Assembly: GCA_963815115.1 (NCBI GenBank)
Contig: CAWFFN010000005.1
Span: 128,001 to 192,000, forward strand
Reading direction: 5' to 3'
Length of the DNA stretch: 64,000 nucleotides
From: an uncultured delta proteobacterium
GTDB taxonomy: Bacteria > Desulfobacterota > Binatia > DP-6
Each line of letters opens with the position of its first letter. The first letter of the stretch is position 1. Under the pieces are notes generated by a model. The model did no database searches. It had not been told where the DNA came from and was given only the letters and a program-made list of their open reading frames with translations. The position numbers and the translations under genes are program-made. This document shows positions 8,088 to 18,480 of the stretch, piece by piece.

Positions 8088-10361
8088 ATGGGCGAGGCGG
8101 CGCGGGACCCGGTGTGCGGGATGAGTGTCGATCCCGCGCGAACGCCGCACCACGACGTTCGCAACGGGGTGACCTATCACTTCTGCGGCGCTCGCTGCGT
8201 CGAGCGCTTCCGTGCCGATCCCGAGCGCTTCCTCGCCCCGGCGGTGCCGCAGCCCGCGCCGATCGCGGCGGAATACACCTGTCCGATGCATCCCGAGATC
8301 GTGCGTCCGTCCCCGGGCACGTGTCCGATCTGCGGCATGGCGCTCGAGCCGCGCGCCGTCTCGCTCGATGGCGAGGAATCGAATCCCGAGCTCGACGACA
8401 TGACGCGCCGGCTGTGGGTCAGCGCCGCGTTCACCCTGCCGCTGTTCCTGCTCGCCATGTCGGACATGCTTCCGGGGCAGCCGATCCAGCACGCGCTCGG
8501 GCACCGCGCGCTGGCCTGGATCCAGCTCGCGCTCGCGACGCCCGTCGTGCTCTGGGGCGCGCGTCCGTTCTTCGAGCGCGGCGTGGCCTCGATCCGGAAC
8601 CGGCACCTCAACATGTTCACCCTGATCGCGCTCGGGACCGGCGTCGCCTACGCCTACAGCCTGGTCGCGACGCTGGCGCCGTGGCTGATCCCCTCCGGCG
8701 GGCCACACGGAGTGCCGATCTACTTCGAAGCGGCTGCAGTCATCACCACGCTCGTCCTGCTCGGCCAGGTGCTCGAGCTGCGCGCCCGCAGCCGCACCGG
8801 GAGCGCGCTGCGGGCGCTCCTGGGCCTCGCGCCGAAGACCGCGCGGCGCCTCGCCGACGATGGCGGCGAGGTCGACGTGGCGCTCGAGCAGGTCGTGGTC
8901 GGCGACCGGCTGCGCGTCCGTCCGGGCGAGAAGGTGCCCGTCGACGGCGTCGTGCTCGAGGGGCGCAGCAGCGTCGACGAGTCGATGATCACCGGCGAGC
9001 CCATCCCGGTGGAGAAGACCGCCGGCTCGCGGGTCACGGGGGGCACGGTGAACGGCACCGGCGGGCTCGTCGTCCGCGCCGATCGGGTGGGGCGCGACAC
9101 GCTGCTGGCGCAGATCGTGCGTCTCGTCGGCGAGGCGCAGCGCAGCCGCGCGCCGATCCAGCGCCTCGCCGACGTCGTGTCCGGCTGGTTCGTGCCCGGC
9201 GTGATCGCGATCGCGGTCCTGGCCTTCGTCGCGTGGATGACCTTCGGACCCGAGCCGCGCCTGGCCCACGCGCTCGTCGCCGCGGTGAGCGTGCTCATCA
9301 TCGCCTGCCCGTGCGCGCTCGGGCTCGCGACGCCCATGTCGATCATGGTCGGTACCGGCCGGGGTGCGACCGCCGGCGTCCTCGTGCGCAACGCCGAGGC
9401 CCTCGAGGTCCTCGAGAAGGTGGACACGCTGGTGGTCGACAAGACCGGCACGCTCACGGAGGGGAAGCCACGGCTCGTGGCCGCCCCCGGCGACGACGTG
9501 CTCCGCCTGGCCGCGAGCCTCGAGCGCGGCAGCGAGCATCCGCTGGCGGCGGCGGTGGTCGAGGGCGCGCGCGAGCGCGGCATCCGCGACCTGCCGCCCG
9601 CGACCGACTTTCGCTCGCACACCGGGAAGGGCGTCGTCGGGAGCGTCGAGGGCCACCAGGTCGTGCTCGGGAACGCCGCGCTGCTCGCGGAGCTGGGCGT
9701 CGGCGCGGCGGCGCTCGAGACCGACGCGGACGCCCTGCGACGCCAGGGGCAGACGGTGATGCTGGTCGGCGTCGACGGCCGGCCTGCCGGGCTGCTCGGC
9801 GTCGCGGACCCGGTGAAGGCGTCGACTCCCGAGGCGCTCGCCGCGCTGCGGGCGGACGGCATTCGCATCGTGATGCTGACCGGCGACGCCCGCGTCACCG
9901 CGGCGGCGGTCGCGCAGGCGCTCGGGATCGACGAGCTCGAGGCCGAGGTGCTGCCGGAGCGCAAGGGCGAGGTCGTCGCTCGTCTCGCCGCGGCCGGCCA
10001 CGTCGTCGCCATGGCCGGCGACGGCGTGAACGACGCGCCGGCGCTCGCCCGGTCGCACGTGGGGATCGCCATGGGGACCGGTACCGACGTCGCCATGGAG
10101 TCGGCCGGCGTGACCCTCGTGCGCGGCGACCTGCGCGGCATCGTGCGGGCGCGGCGGCTGTCGCGCGCCGTCATGCGCAACATCCGCCAGAACCTGTTTC
10201 TCGCCTTCGTCTACAACGCGGTCGGCGTGCCGATCGCGGCGGGCGTGCTGTATCCCGCCTTCGGCCTGCTCCTGAGCCCGATGATCGCGGCGGCCGCGAT
10301 GAGCCTGAGCTCGGTGTCGGTGATCTCGAACGCGCTCCGCCTCGGGAGAGCGCCGCTGTAG
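8088..10361 (+). CDS. copA: Cu+/Ag+-translocating P1B-type ATPase with YHS and heavy-metal-binding N-terminal domains
   Basis: DPVCGM..YHFC (YHS), [38 protein letters not shown] and MSLSS TM motifs. Confidence 0.92.
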   Translation: MGEAARDPVCGMSVDPARTPHHDVRNGVTYHFCGARCVERFRADPERFLAPAVPQPAPIAAEYTCPMHPEIVRPSPGTCPICGMALEPRAVSLDGEESNPELDDMTRRLWVSAAFTLPLFLLAMSDMLPGQPIQHALGHRALAWIQLALATPVVLWGARPFFERGVASIRNRHLNMFTLIALGTGVAYAYSLVATLAPWLIPSGGPHGVPIYFEAAAVITTLVLLGQVLELRARSRTGSALRALLGLAPKTARRLADDGGEVDVALEQVVVGDRLRVRPGEKVPVDGVVLEGRSSVDESMITGEPIPVEKTAGSRVTGGTVNGTGGLVVRADRVGRDTLLAQIVRLVGEAQRSRAPIQRLADVVSGWFVPGVIAIAVLAFVAWMTFGPEPRLAHALVAAVSVLIIACPCALGLATPMSIMVGTGRGATAGVLVRNAEALEVLEKVDTLVVDKTGTLTEGKPRLVAAPGDDVLRLAASLERGSEHPLAAAVVEGARERGIRDLPPATDFRSHTGKGVVGSVEGHQVVLGNAALLAELGVGAAALETDADALRRQGQTVMLVGVDGRPAGLLGVADPVKASTPEALAALRADGIRIVMLTGDARVTAAAVAQALGIDELEAEVLPERKGEVVARLAAAGHVVAMAGDGVNDAPALARSHVGIAMGTGTDVAMESAGVTLVRGDLRGIVRARRLSRAVMRNIRQNLFLAFVYNAVGVPIAAGVLYPAFGLLLSPMIAAAAMSLSSVSVISNALRLGRAPL

Positions 10362-10451
10362 CGGGGGGCGCGGCGGAGGATCGACTGTCTCGACCTGCTC
10401 ACGACGGACGATCCGCTGCGCGAAGCCGCAGGAGTCGCCGAGCGTCGCACG

Positions 10452-11183
10452 CTACCGCCCGACGACCGCCCCCAGGGCGGCCATGAGCGCGATGCCGCCG
10501 AGAAAGGGCACGTAGATCCAGACGCCCGACGAGGGCCGGTGGTGGTGGAGCTGGGGGATCAGATCCGAGCCGGCGATGTAGATGAACATGCCGGCGGTCG
10601 CGGTCATGAACCACGCCAGATGGTGCTCGATCGGCTTGACGGAGAAGAAGAGCAGCGGGCCGAGCATCGCCATGAGCCCGGTGGCGAAGTTGAGGAGCAG
10701 GGCGGTGCGGAACGAGTACCCGCTACTCGTGAGGATGGTGAAGTCGGCAATCTCCTTCGGTACCTCGTGGACCGTGACCGCCAGCGTGGTGGCCAGTCCG
10801 AGCTCGGGGCTGGCGGCGAAGCTCGCCGCGATGACGACGCCGTCGATGAGGTTGTGGAGGCCGTCGCCGACCAGGACCAGGTAGCGAGACGCCTTCGCGT
10901 GGCTCTCCTCGTGCTCGTGAAAGCCGTGCAGCACGCGCTCGAGGAAGAAGAACCCGATCATCGCCGCGAGGGTGGCGACGAAGATGTTGCCATCGTGAGC
11001 GCGCTCGACGGCCTCGGGAAGGAGGTCGAGGAACGCCGTCGCGAGCAGCACGCCGGCCGCGAAGCTGAGCAGGAACGCTTCGCCGCGGGCGCCGGGTCGG
11101 CGGGCGAACAGGAAGACGATGCCGCCGAGCGCGATGACGCCCACCCACAGGGTGGCGATGAGTGACAGGGCGAGCGGGGACAT
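10452..11183 (-). CDS. ZIP family metal transporter
   Basis: FAAGVLL, His-rich loop HGFHEHEESH, GDGLHNLIDG and HEVPKEIADF motifs. Confidence 0.92.
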   Translation of the reverse strand: MSPLALSLIATLWVGVIALGGIVFLFARRPGARGEAFLLSFAAGVLLATAFLDLLPEAVERAHDGNIFVATLAAMIGFFFLERVLHGFHEHEESHAKASRYLVLVGDGLHNLIDGVVIAASFAASPELGLATTLAVTVHEVPKEIADFTILTSSGYSFRTALLLNFATGLMAMLGPLLFFSVKPIEHHLAWFMTATAGMFIYIAGSDLIPQLHHHRPSSGVWIYVPFLGGIALMAALGAVVGR

Positions 11184-11250
11184 GCGCGGCGCGACACATC
11201 TGCCTACCCCGTCGCCCTTTGGCAACCTCGTTGCGGTACGCGCCGGACGA

Positions 11251-11580
11251 TCAGCCCGCGAGCTCGCGGAAGACGGCGCGCGCGACGTCGGCGGCGGTGT
11301 CGGTGCCCTCGACGTCGAGCCGGCACCGGGGCGGCTCGGCGCTCAGCCGGAAGCTCAGAAACGGCCAGCGGTCGGCGAGCGCCCGCACCAGGTGCGCCAG
11401 AGTCGCCAGGTCGATCAGCTCGAGACCGAAGCGCAGCCGCACGCCGCTCGGCAGGTCCTCGGGCAGCGCGCCGCGCAGATACGGCCGCAGCGCGCGGGCC
11501 TCGTCGGCCAGCGGCATGTCGCCCAGCGCGCGCGCGAGCCGTCCCGGGCGGACGGCCGGCAGGTCGACGATGACGTCCAC
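11251..11580 (-). CDS. hypothetical protein
   Basis: 109-aa ORF with protein-like composition filling the gap between ZIP and the thioredoxin-like gene. Confidence 0.5.
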   Translation of the reverse strand: MDVIVDLPAVRPGRLARALGDMPLADEARALRPYLRGALPEDLPSGVRLRFGLELIDLATLAHLVRALADRWPFLSFRLSAEPPRCRLDVEGTDTAADVARAVFRELAG

Positions 11581-11635
11581 GGTTCACCCGTAGCATGCCT
11601 TGCCTCGCGGCGCGCCCGGAGCTACGCCGAAATCC

Positions 11636-12193
11636 ATGGCGCTCACCGAGAACCGCGACGTGCCCCTCGGCACCCCGTGTCCCGATTTCCGGCTGGCCAC
11701 CGTCGACGGCGGCACGGTCGCGCGCGACGACCTCGCGGCCACGCCCGTCCTCGTCGTGATGTTCATCTGCAACCACTGCCCGTACGTGCAGGCGGTGGAG
11801 GACCGCCTGGTCGCGCTGGGCCGCGAGTATGCGGGCCGCGGCGTGCAGCTCGTCGGAATCTGCTCCAACGATCCCACCGACTATCCCGACGACCATCCGA
11901 AGCGACTCCTCGCGCGCTGGCGCGACAAGTGCTTCGGCTTCCCCTACGGCGTCGACGAGTCGCAATCGGTCGCGCGGGCTTTCGGCGCCGTGTGCACACC
12001 GGAGTTCTTCGTCTACGGGCCGGAGCGGACGCTCGCGTACCACGGGCGTCTCGACGACAGCTGGCGCGAGCCCGCCAAGGTCACGCGCCGCGAGCTGGCC
12101 GCGGCACTCGATGCGCTCCTCGCCAACCGGGCGCCGGCGCGCGAGCAGGTGCCGGCGATGGGTTGCTCGATCAAGTGGCGGCGGGCGTCCTGA
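11636..12193 (+). CDS. thioredoxin-like / AhpC-TSA family protein
   Basis: LGTPCPDFRL, MFICNHCPYV, GAVCTPEFF and GCSIKW motifs. Confidence 0.9.
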   Translation: MALTENRDVPLGTPCPDFRLATVDGGTVARDDLAATPVLVVMFICNHCPYVQAVEDRLVALGREYAGRGVQLVGICSNDPTDYPDDHPKRLLARWRDKCFGFPYGVDESQSVARAFGAVCTPEFFVYGPERTLAYHGRLDDSWREPAKVTRRELAAALDALLANRAPAREQVPAMGCSIKWRRAS

Positions 12194-13379
12194 GCGCCGC
12201 CACCAGCGCCGCCTGGTGGACCACCTTGAGCGGCACGCGCTTCTCCCGCGCCAGCGCGCGGCAGTCCTCGAACTCGGGCGCGACGTTCAGGGTGCCGTCC
12301 GGCGCGCGCGCGACCTTGACCCGCACGCTGCCGTAGGGCGTCTCCACGCGGCGTTCCTCGCGCGGCAGCACGAGCCGGCGCCAGGTGGCGTAGCGCAGCC
12401 CGATGGTCGACGTCTCCGCGAACACGATGGCAGCGAGCCTGTCCTGGTCGGCCGGATCGGCGAGCACGCGCAGCGTCGTGCCGGGCCGGCTCCTCTTCAT
12501 CAGCACGGGCTCGAGGAAGGCGTCGCGCGCACCGGCCGCGAGCAGCCGCTCGAGCACGTGCTCGTAGATCTGCGGGCTCGAGTCGTCGATCGTCGCCTCG
12601 AGCACCACGACCTCGTCCGACTCGAGTGCGGACATCGGATCGCCGACCAGGATGCGCAGCAGGTTCGGCCGGTCGGCAAGCGTCCGATCGCCCGCGCCGT
12701 ACCCGACCCCCGTGAGCCGGAACGGGGGCGCCGGGTCGGGACGTCCGAGTCCGGCAACGATCGCGGCGCCCGTCGGCGTGACCAGCTCGCCGTTGCCGTC
12801 GCCTGCCCGCACCGTCCAGCCGCGCAGGAGGGCGAGCACCGCCGGCCCCGGCACGGGAAGCGGGCCGTGCGACGCCTGCACCAGGCCGTGCCCGACGGGG
12901 AGCGCGCTCACGTGCACGGCGTCGATGCCGAGGTGCACGAAGCCGAGCGCCGCACCGACCACGTCGACGATGGCGTCGAGCGCGCCGACCTCATGGAACT
13001 CCACGCGGTCGGTCGGGACGCCGTGGACCTGCGCCTCGGCCTCGGCCAGGCGAGCGAAGATGGCGAGGGCGCGCTCGCGCACCGCGGCGTCGAGCGCGCT
13101 GCCGGCGATCAGGTCGCGGATCTCGACCCAGCGCCGATGTCCGTGCTGCGAGCGCGGCGCGTCGGGGTGCTGCCCGTGCACTCGCACCTGGAACTTCGTC
13201 GCGGCGATGGCGGAGCGCTCGGTGCGTTCGGCCCACACCTCGACACCGTCCAGAGCGAGCACGTCCACCGCCTCGCGCACGCGCTCGATCGGGAGACCGA
13301 GGTCGAGGAGGGCCCCGACCGTCATGTCACCGCTGATGCCTGAGAAGGTGTCGAGGTATGCGATGGACAAAACGCTCAC
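12171..13379 (-). CDS. larC: nickel-pincer cofactor nickel insertase LarC
   Basis: YLDTFSGISGDM, FHEVGALDAIVDV, HGPLPVPGPA, ELVTPTGAA, MKRSRPG and PEFEDC. Confidence 0.92.
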   Translation of the reverse strand: MSVLSIAYLDTFSGISGDMTVGALLDLGLPIERVREAVDVLALDGVEVWAERTERSAIAATKFQVRVHGQHPDAPRSQHGHRRWVEIRDLIAGSALDAAVRERALAIFARLAEAEAQVHGVPTDRVEFHEVGALDAIVDVVGAALGFVHLGIDAVHVSALPVGHGLVQASHGPLPVPGPAVLALLRGWTVRAGDGNGELVTPTGAAIVAGLGRPDPAPPFRLTGVGYGAGDRTLADRPNLLRILVGDPMSALESDEVVVLEATIDDSSPQIYEHVLERLLAAGARDAFLEPVLMKRSRPGTTLRVLADPADQDRLAAIVFAETSTIGLRYATWRRLVLPREERRVETPYGSVRVKVARAPDGTLNVAPEFEDCRALAREKRVPLKVVHQAALVAALRTPAAT

Positions 13380-13436
13380 TCCGTCATTGCGCGCCTAGAC
13401 CCCTGGTGCTAGGTTCCGGCATCTCGTGGAAGCCGC

Positions 13437-13802
13437 ATGAGACAACGCGAACTTAGCACCTTCCAGAAACTCCTACACGAGCGACGCCGAGAGCTCCTGG
13501 GCGAGGCCCTGCGTACGGTCGACGGTATGGGTGAAGGGCGCGAGCTGTTCCCCGATCCGACCGATCGAGCCACGCTGGAGTACAGCCGCAACCTCCTGCT
13601 GCGCATCCGCGACCGCGAGCGCAAGCTGATCTCGAAGATCGACGAGGCGCTGGGGCGCATCGAGGACGGCTCGTACGGGAAGTGCGAGGAGTGCGGGGGT
13701 GAGATCGGCGTCGATCGCCTCCGGGCGCGTCCCGTCACCACGCTCTGCATCAACTGCAAGTCGCAGCAAGAGGCGGAAGAGCGCCGCCGCCGCCTCGGCT
13801 GA
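13437..13802 (+). CDS. dksA: RNA polymerase-binding protein DksA
   Basis: FPDPTDRA coiled-coil tip, RIRDRERKLI, and C4 zinc finger CEEC...CINC. Confidence 0.95.
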   Translation: MRQRELSTFQKLLHERRRELLGEALRTVDGMGEGRELFPDPTDRATLEYSRNLLLRIRDRERKLISKIDEALGRIEDGSYGKCEECGGEIGVDRLRARPVTTLCINCKSQQEAEERRRRLG

Positions 13803-13810
13803 CCGCGAGC

Positions 13811-15556
13811 TCATCGCCCCGGCGGCGGCCTGAGCTCCACCAGCACGGCGTCTGCCGTGTGACCCGGATCGACGAACCAGTCGCGGAGCTCCGCGCCGCT
13901 CAGGCGTCCCACCTCGACCACGTTCGGGAGCTGCACGCCCTTGCCGGGAAGCAGGACGAAGACTCGCCGCCCCGTCGCCAGCCAGCGGCGCGCTGCCTCC
14001 GCGGGATCGCTGCCCAGCTGGGAGAACTCCCCGTCGTAGTGCGCCTCGGCGTGCGTGTAGTGGGTGATGTTCTCCGCCGGACGCCCGAGGGCCGGCGTGG
14101 TGATCACCAGCGCCCCGGCCGGAACGAGGGACTCGACCGCGTCGCGCGCCCGGATCACCTGCTCCTCCTGGAACCGGTCGCGCGCACCCGACCCGCCGGC
14201 GACCCGGACGAGGCCCACGCCGGCAAAGGCGAGCGCGGGGACCAGCGGACCGACCGCCGCCGCCGCGGGAGCGAGCGCGGGAGCGAAGGCCGCCACGCCG
14301 ACCAGCGCGGCGCCCGTGCCCACGACCAGCTCGAGAAGCCGTCGCTGCTCCTGGGACGGAAAGATCGCGGGTGACACCGCGACGGCGGCGATCGTGAGCG
14401 CGGTCAGGACGAGCCGCATCCCCGCGGAGAGGCCGGGTCGCGAGAGTGCCGCGCACCATCGCGCCGTGCCGGCGGCGGTGAGGACGAGCAGCGCCAGGGC
14501 CACCCCGACCAGGTAGCGCGCGTCCCCGTGTCCCCAGCAGCTGAAGAACAGCACGGAGGCGAGAGCGTACGGTCCGAGCGCCGCCGCGATCAGCCGCCCG
14601 CGCAGCGCGCCGAGCGCGGGCAGCAGAAACAGCCCGAACGCGCCGGCGAGGTAGCTCAGATTTGCGGGCAGCACGCGCGGCAGGTTGCGGAGCTGGAAGC
14701 CGCCTCCCGAGGTGAGCGGCAGCCGGGGCAGCACGCCTGCCATCGCGACGGCGTAGCGCCCGGATACGGCGCCGAGCAGGTGGCGGAACTCCATGCCCTG
14801 CGTGAAGGCGAGCGGGTGTCCCTGGGTGATCGTGTTGTAGGCCAGCAGCGGCGCGATCCCGACGAGGAAGGTGAGGCTGCCACGCATCAGCTCCGCGCCG
14901 CGCGGGCGCAGGACGAGCGCCAGCGCGCCGAGCGAGAACGAGTAGAGGATGGCATCGGGGCGCATCGTGCAGGCGATCCCGAGGGCGAGCCCGGCGAGAG
15001 CGAACCGGCCAGTGCAGGCCGCGGCCAGCGCGCCGATCGCGAGCAGGTGCGCCGGCAGATCGCGGACGACGGTGATGCCCCAGTAGTGCACCTCGGCGGG
15101 AATCACGAGCAGCGCCCACGGCGCCGCCGCCGCGGCCGCCGTGGCGAGTCCCGGCGGGGCGCCGTCGAGGAGCCGGCGGGTGAGCCACGCGAGGGCGGCC
15201 AGCAGCGCCAGGTAGAGCAGCGGATTCAGCAGGTGCTGGGCGCGCTCCCCGCCGACGGCGCCGGCGAGCGCCAGCAGCAGCGGGAAGCCCGGCGGATAGC
15301 GCGAGAAGACCTTCCCGTCTCGCCAGATATACGTCTGGTAGTAGGCGTCGGCGGTCTGGCCGCGCGGTACGCCAGCGGCCAGCGCCGCAAGCGAGTCCGG
15401 GTCGTGGAAGACGCTGCCGTGACGCAGGTCGTCCGCGAAGGTGAGGAAGGCGAACTGATCGCTCGCGAGGTACCAGGTGGTGCGGCGCTCGAGCCCGCGC
15501 GCGGCGACCGCGAGCGCCAGCAGGACGAGGCCGAGCGCGACGCGCCGGCCCGTCAC
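13811..15556 (-). CDS. polytopic membrane protein, GT-C-fold (PMT/GT39-like) glycosyltransferase
   Basis: Early ASD motif, SRYPPGFPLLLA loop, many TM helices, RY motif and a soluble C-terminal domain. Confidence 0.6.
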   Translation of the reverse strand: MTGRRVALGLVLLALAVAARGLERRTTWYLASDQFAFLTFADDLRHGSVFHDPDSLAALAAGVPRGQTADAYYQTYIWRDGKVFSRYPPGFPLLLALAGAVGGERAQHLLNPLLYLALLAALAWLTRRLLDGAPPGLATAAAAAAPWALLVIPAEVHYWGITVVRDLPAHLLAIGALAAACTGRFALAGLALGIACTMRPDAILYSFSLGALALVLRPRGAELMRGSLTFLVGIAPLLAYNTITQGHPLAFTQGMEFRHLLGAVSGRYAVAMAGVLPRLPLTSGGGFQLRNLPRVLPANLSYLAGAFGLFLLPALGALRGRLIAAALGPYALASVLFFSCWGHGDARYLVGVALALLVLTAAGTARWCAALSRPGLSAGMRLVLTALTIAAVAVSPAIFPSQEQRRLLELVVGTGAALVGVAAFAPALAPAAAAVGPLVPALAFAGVGLVRVAGGSGARDRFQEEQVIRARDAVESLVPAGALVITTPALGRPAENITHYTHAEAHYDGEFSQLGSDPAEAARRWLATGRRVFVLLPGKGVQLPNVVEVGRLSGAELRDWFVDPGHTADAVLVELRPPPGR

Positions 15557-15573
15557 CCGGGGGTCTCCGCGAA

Positions 15574-15619
15574 GACGGCGAAGCCCCCGGAAGGATGAAG
15601 TCCCTCCGGGAGCCCCGTC
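15574..15619 (-). terminator. GC-rich hairpin downstream of the 15640-16371 gene
   Basis: Minus strand GACGGGGCTCCCCGGAGGGA-CTTCA-TCCTTCCGGGGGCTTCGCCGTC forms an imperfect stem; weak U-tract. Confidence 0.35.
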
Positions 15620-15639
15620 ATCGTGCGGGACAGATCGTG

Positions 15640-16371
15640 TCAGTCGAGCTGGTCGAGTCGCGGGTCGAGGAATGCCGCACTCGGCGACCCGGGCATCGTG
15701 GTCGTGGTGGTGGGGGCGCTGGTCGTCGTGGTCGTGATGCCGCCGGGGCAGCCCTCGATCGACGGCCGGCGCACCTTGAAGAGCCGGTCACCGTCGTTCT
15801 TCACGCTGCCGTCGGCGCCGTACTGCACGCAGTAGCGATCGCCATTGGCGATCTTCAGCGTGATGAAGCCGTCCGTGCCGAGGTTCGGCGGGACCACGTC
15901 GAGCGGCCCCTTCTTCCCCCGCACGACCACCTTGATGCTGAACACGCCGCCTACCGTCTTCTTGATGAGGACGACCTTGACCGCGCCCTGCTGGCCGTCG
16001 GGGTCCTTGTACTTGAAGCCCGTGGTCCCGCTGGCACGCCAGAACGGCTTTCCGGCGGAGGTGGTCCCCTGCTTGAGAGGGAAGACCTGCTGGGTCGGGT
16101 TGTCGCCGTTCGCGATGACCGTGAGGATCGCGCCGCCCGCGCTACCGAGGAGGGCGCCGCCCGCGCTGCTCGCGATCGTCGGGTCGCCGACGATGGTGGC
16201 CGAGCTTCCGGTCTCCTTCGCAACGCCGGTCACCTTGCGCTTGTCGGGAGTGCCCGGGTTCTTCACGATGAACGAGCGTCCGAGAACCGTCTGGTCCGCG
16301 GCCCCCGCCCATGCCCCCAACACCATCGACAGCGCCACAGCCAGCGCAGACAACCTCGCGATCCGCTTCAT
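15640..16371 (-). CDS. secreted protein with Thr-rich linker and C-terminal SPSAAFLD tail
   Basis: Signal peptide MKRIARLSALAVALSMVLGAWAGA, GFKYKD motif, TTTTT linkers; AGGAGG RBS. Confidence 0.75.
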   Translation of the reverse strand: MKRIARLSALAVALSMVLGAWAGAADQTVLGRSFIVKNPGTPDKRKVTGVAKETGSSATIVGDPTIASSAGGALLGSAGGAILTVIANGDNPTQQVFPLKQGTTSAGKPFWRASGTTGFKYKDPDGQQGAVKVVLIKKTVGGVFSIKVVVRGKKGPLDVVPPNLGTDGFITLKIANGDRYCVQYGADGSVKNDGDRLFKVRRPSIEGCPGGITTTTTSAPTTTTTMPGSPSAAFLDPRLDQLD

Positions 16372-16468
16372 GTGAGCCCCTCCTGACGTACGGAATTCGC
16401 GCCGGTAGCCGGCGCCGCATCGCCTCATGACCGGCTATCGTTCCGACCTGTACGTTGTCAAGGTCACA

Positions 16469-17131
16469 TCACGCGAGGAGCACCGAGGGAATTCGCAGAA
16501 AGTTGGACGCCAGCGCCGGGTCGTCGAGGTGCGGTAGCTCGCCGAGGCAGGGGAGGCCGGTGAGGGTCCGGATCGTGGCCGCGTTGGTGGCAGACGACGG
16601 GTCGCGTTCCCGATCCGGCTGGGAGAGCACGAAGCCCAGCGCGGTGAGGCCCATCGACTCGGCCACGCGGGCGGTGAGGGCGCAGTGGTTCACGGTGCCG
16701 AGCCGGTTGGCGGCGACCACGAGAAGCGGCAGCTCGAGCCGGGCAGCGAGGTCGGCGTAGGTGACGCCGTCCGCGATCGGGACGAGCAGGCCGCCCGCGC
16801 CCTCCACGAGGAGCACGTCCGCCACGGTCCGACGCCGGCGGACCAGCGCTTCGAGCCGCCCGAGGTCGATCGTGACCCCCTCGGCGCGCGCCGCCACCGA
16901 CGGGGCGACCGGCGTGCGCAGCCGGTAGGGGCAGACGTCGTCGAGCGCCGCCTGATCGGCCGCCGCCTCGCGCAGCCGCCGGGCATCCTCGGGCACGGAG
17001 ACGACGCCCGTCTCGACCGGCTTCATCACCGCAACGGTGCGCCCGCGCGCGCGCAGCGCGTGCGCCAGCGCGCAGGCCACGAAGGTCTTGCCGACGCCGG
17101 TGTCGGTGCCGGTGACGAGCAGCGCGCTCAT
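16469..17131 (-). CDS. bioD: dethiobiotin synthase
   Basis: VTGTDTGVGKT, KPVETG, VEGAGG and LGTVNH; ATGA overlap with bioA. Confidence 0.95.
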   Translation of the reverse strand: MSALLVTGTDTGVGKTFVACALAHALRARGRTVAVMKPVETGVVSVPEDARRLREAAADQAALDDVCPYRLRTPVAPSVAARAEGVTIDLGRLEALVRRRRTVADVLLVEGAGGLLVPIADGVTYADLAARLELPLLVVAANRLGTVNHCALTARVAESMGLTALGFVLSQPDRERDPSSATNAATIRTLTGLPCLGELPHLDDPALASNFLRIPSVLLA

Positions 17132-18480
17132 GCGGCCGTGGCTTCCGCGATGGCGTCCCGCGCGACGTCGACCAGCGTCTCCAGCTCCGACGGCGAGATC
17201 GCCAGCGGCGGCATGAGCACGATCACGTTGCCGAGCGGACGCAGCACGACGCCGCGCGCGCGAGCGGCCCGCACGACGCGTTGCCCGATGCGGGCGGCGG
17301 GCGGGTAGGGCACACGTGCGGCGCGATCGGCGACCAGCTCGATGCCGGCCATGACGCCCTGCTGCCGGACGTCGCCGACGTGGGGCAGCGGCCCGATCTC
17401 GCCGGCGAGCCGCTCGCGCAGCCGTGCGATCTTCGGTTGCAGGCGCTCCAGCGTGCACTCCTCGCTGAAGAGCCGCAGGCTCGCCAGTCCGACGGCACAG
17501 GCGAGCGCGTTGCCGGTGTAGGTGTGACCGTGGAAGAAGGCCCGGAACTCCTCGTAGGGGGCGAGGAACGCGGCGAAGACCTCCTCGGTCGCGAGGGTCG
17601 CGGCCAGCGGCAGATATCCGCCGCTGATGCCCTTCGCGAGACACAGCAGGTCGGGAGTGATGCCCGCGTGCTCGCACGCGAACATCCGTCCCGTGCGCCC
17701 GAAGCCGGTCGCCACCTCGTCCGCGATGAAGAGGACGTCGTGGCGGCGGGCGAGGGTGTGCAGTGCGCTCAGGTAGGCGGGCGGGTGGATCCACATGCCC
17801 GCGGCTCCCTGCACCAGGGGCTCCACGATCAGCGCGGCGAGCGTGTCGCCGTGCTCGGCGAGGGTTTGCTCCGCCTCGGCGGAGGCGGCGGCGAGCGCCG
17901 CCTCCGCGTCCATGCCGCGCTGCCAGCGGAAGACGTGCGGCGGCGTGAGGCGGACGGCGGGCCGGACGGCGCACTCGACGAAGCGATGGAAGGTCTCCGA
18001 GTACCCGACGCCGACCGCGCCCAGCGTGTCGCCGTGATACGCCTCGACCAGCGAGGCGAAGCGCGTGCGCGCCGTGGCGCCGCGGAGCTGCTGGTACTGG
18101 AGGGCGATGCGCAGCGCCGCCTCCACCGCGGTGGCGCCGGCGTCGGAGTAGAAGACGCGCGTCAGACCCGGGGGCACCACGCCGATGAGCGCGTGGGCGA
18201 GCTCGATCGCCGGCACGCTGCCGAGCCCGAGCAGCGTCGTGTGGGCGACGCGCTCGAGCTGGCCGCGTAGCGCGGCGTCGAGCGCGGGATGGCGATGGCC
18301 GTGGACGTTGCACCACAGCGACGACACGCCGTCCAGGTACCGGCGCCCCTGTGCGTCGACGAGCCAGCACCCTTCCGCCTCCGCGATGACCAGCGGCTCC
18401 TCCCGCAGCCAGTCGGCCATCTGGGTGAACGGGTGCCAGAGGTGACGGTGGTCCCAGTCGACGAGACGTGGATCGCTCAC
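17128..18480 (-). CDS. bioA: adenosylmethionine-8-amino-7-oxononanoate transaminase
   Basis: LWHPFTQM, DGVSSLWCNVHGH, YHGDT, IADEVATGFGRTG and AKGISGGYLP. Confidence 0.95.
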   Translation of the reverse strand: MSDPRLVDWDHRHLWHPFTQMADWLREEPLVIAEAEGCWLVDAQGRRYLDGVSSLWCNVHGHRHPALDAALRGQLERVAHTTLLGLGSVPAIELAHALIGVVPPGLTRVFYSDAGATAVEAALRIALQYQQLRGATARTRFASLVEAYHGDTLGAVGVGYSETFHRFVECAVRPAVRLTPPHVFRWQRGMDAEAALAAASAEAEQTLAEHGDTLAALIVEPLVQGAAGMWIHPPAYLSALHTLARRHDVLFIADEVATGFGRTGRMFACEHAGITPDLLCLAKGISGGYLPLAATLATEEVFAAFLAPYEEFRAFFHGHTYTGNALACAVGLASLRLFSEECTLERLQPKIARLRERLAGEIGPLPHVGDVRQQGVMAGIELVADRAARVPYPPAARIGQRVVRAARARGVVLRPLGNVIVLMPPLAISPSELETLVDVARDAIAEATAA

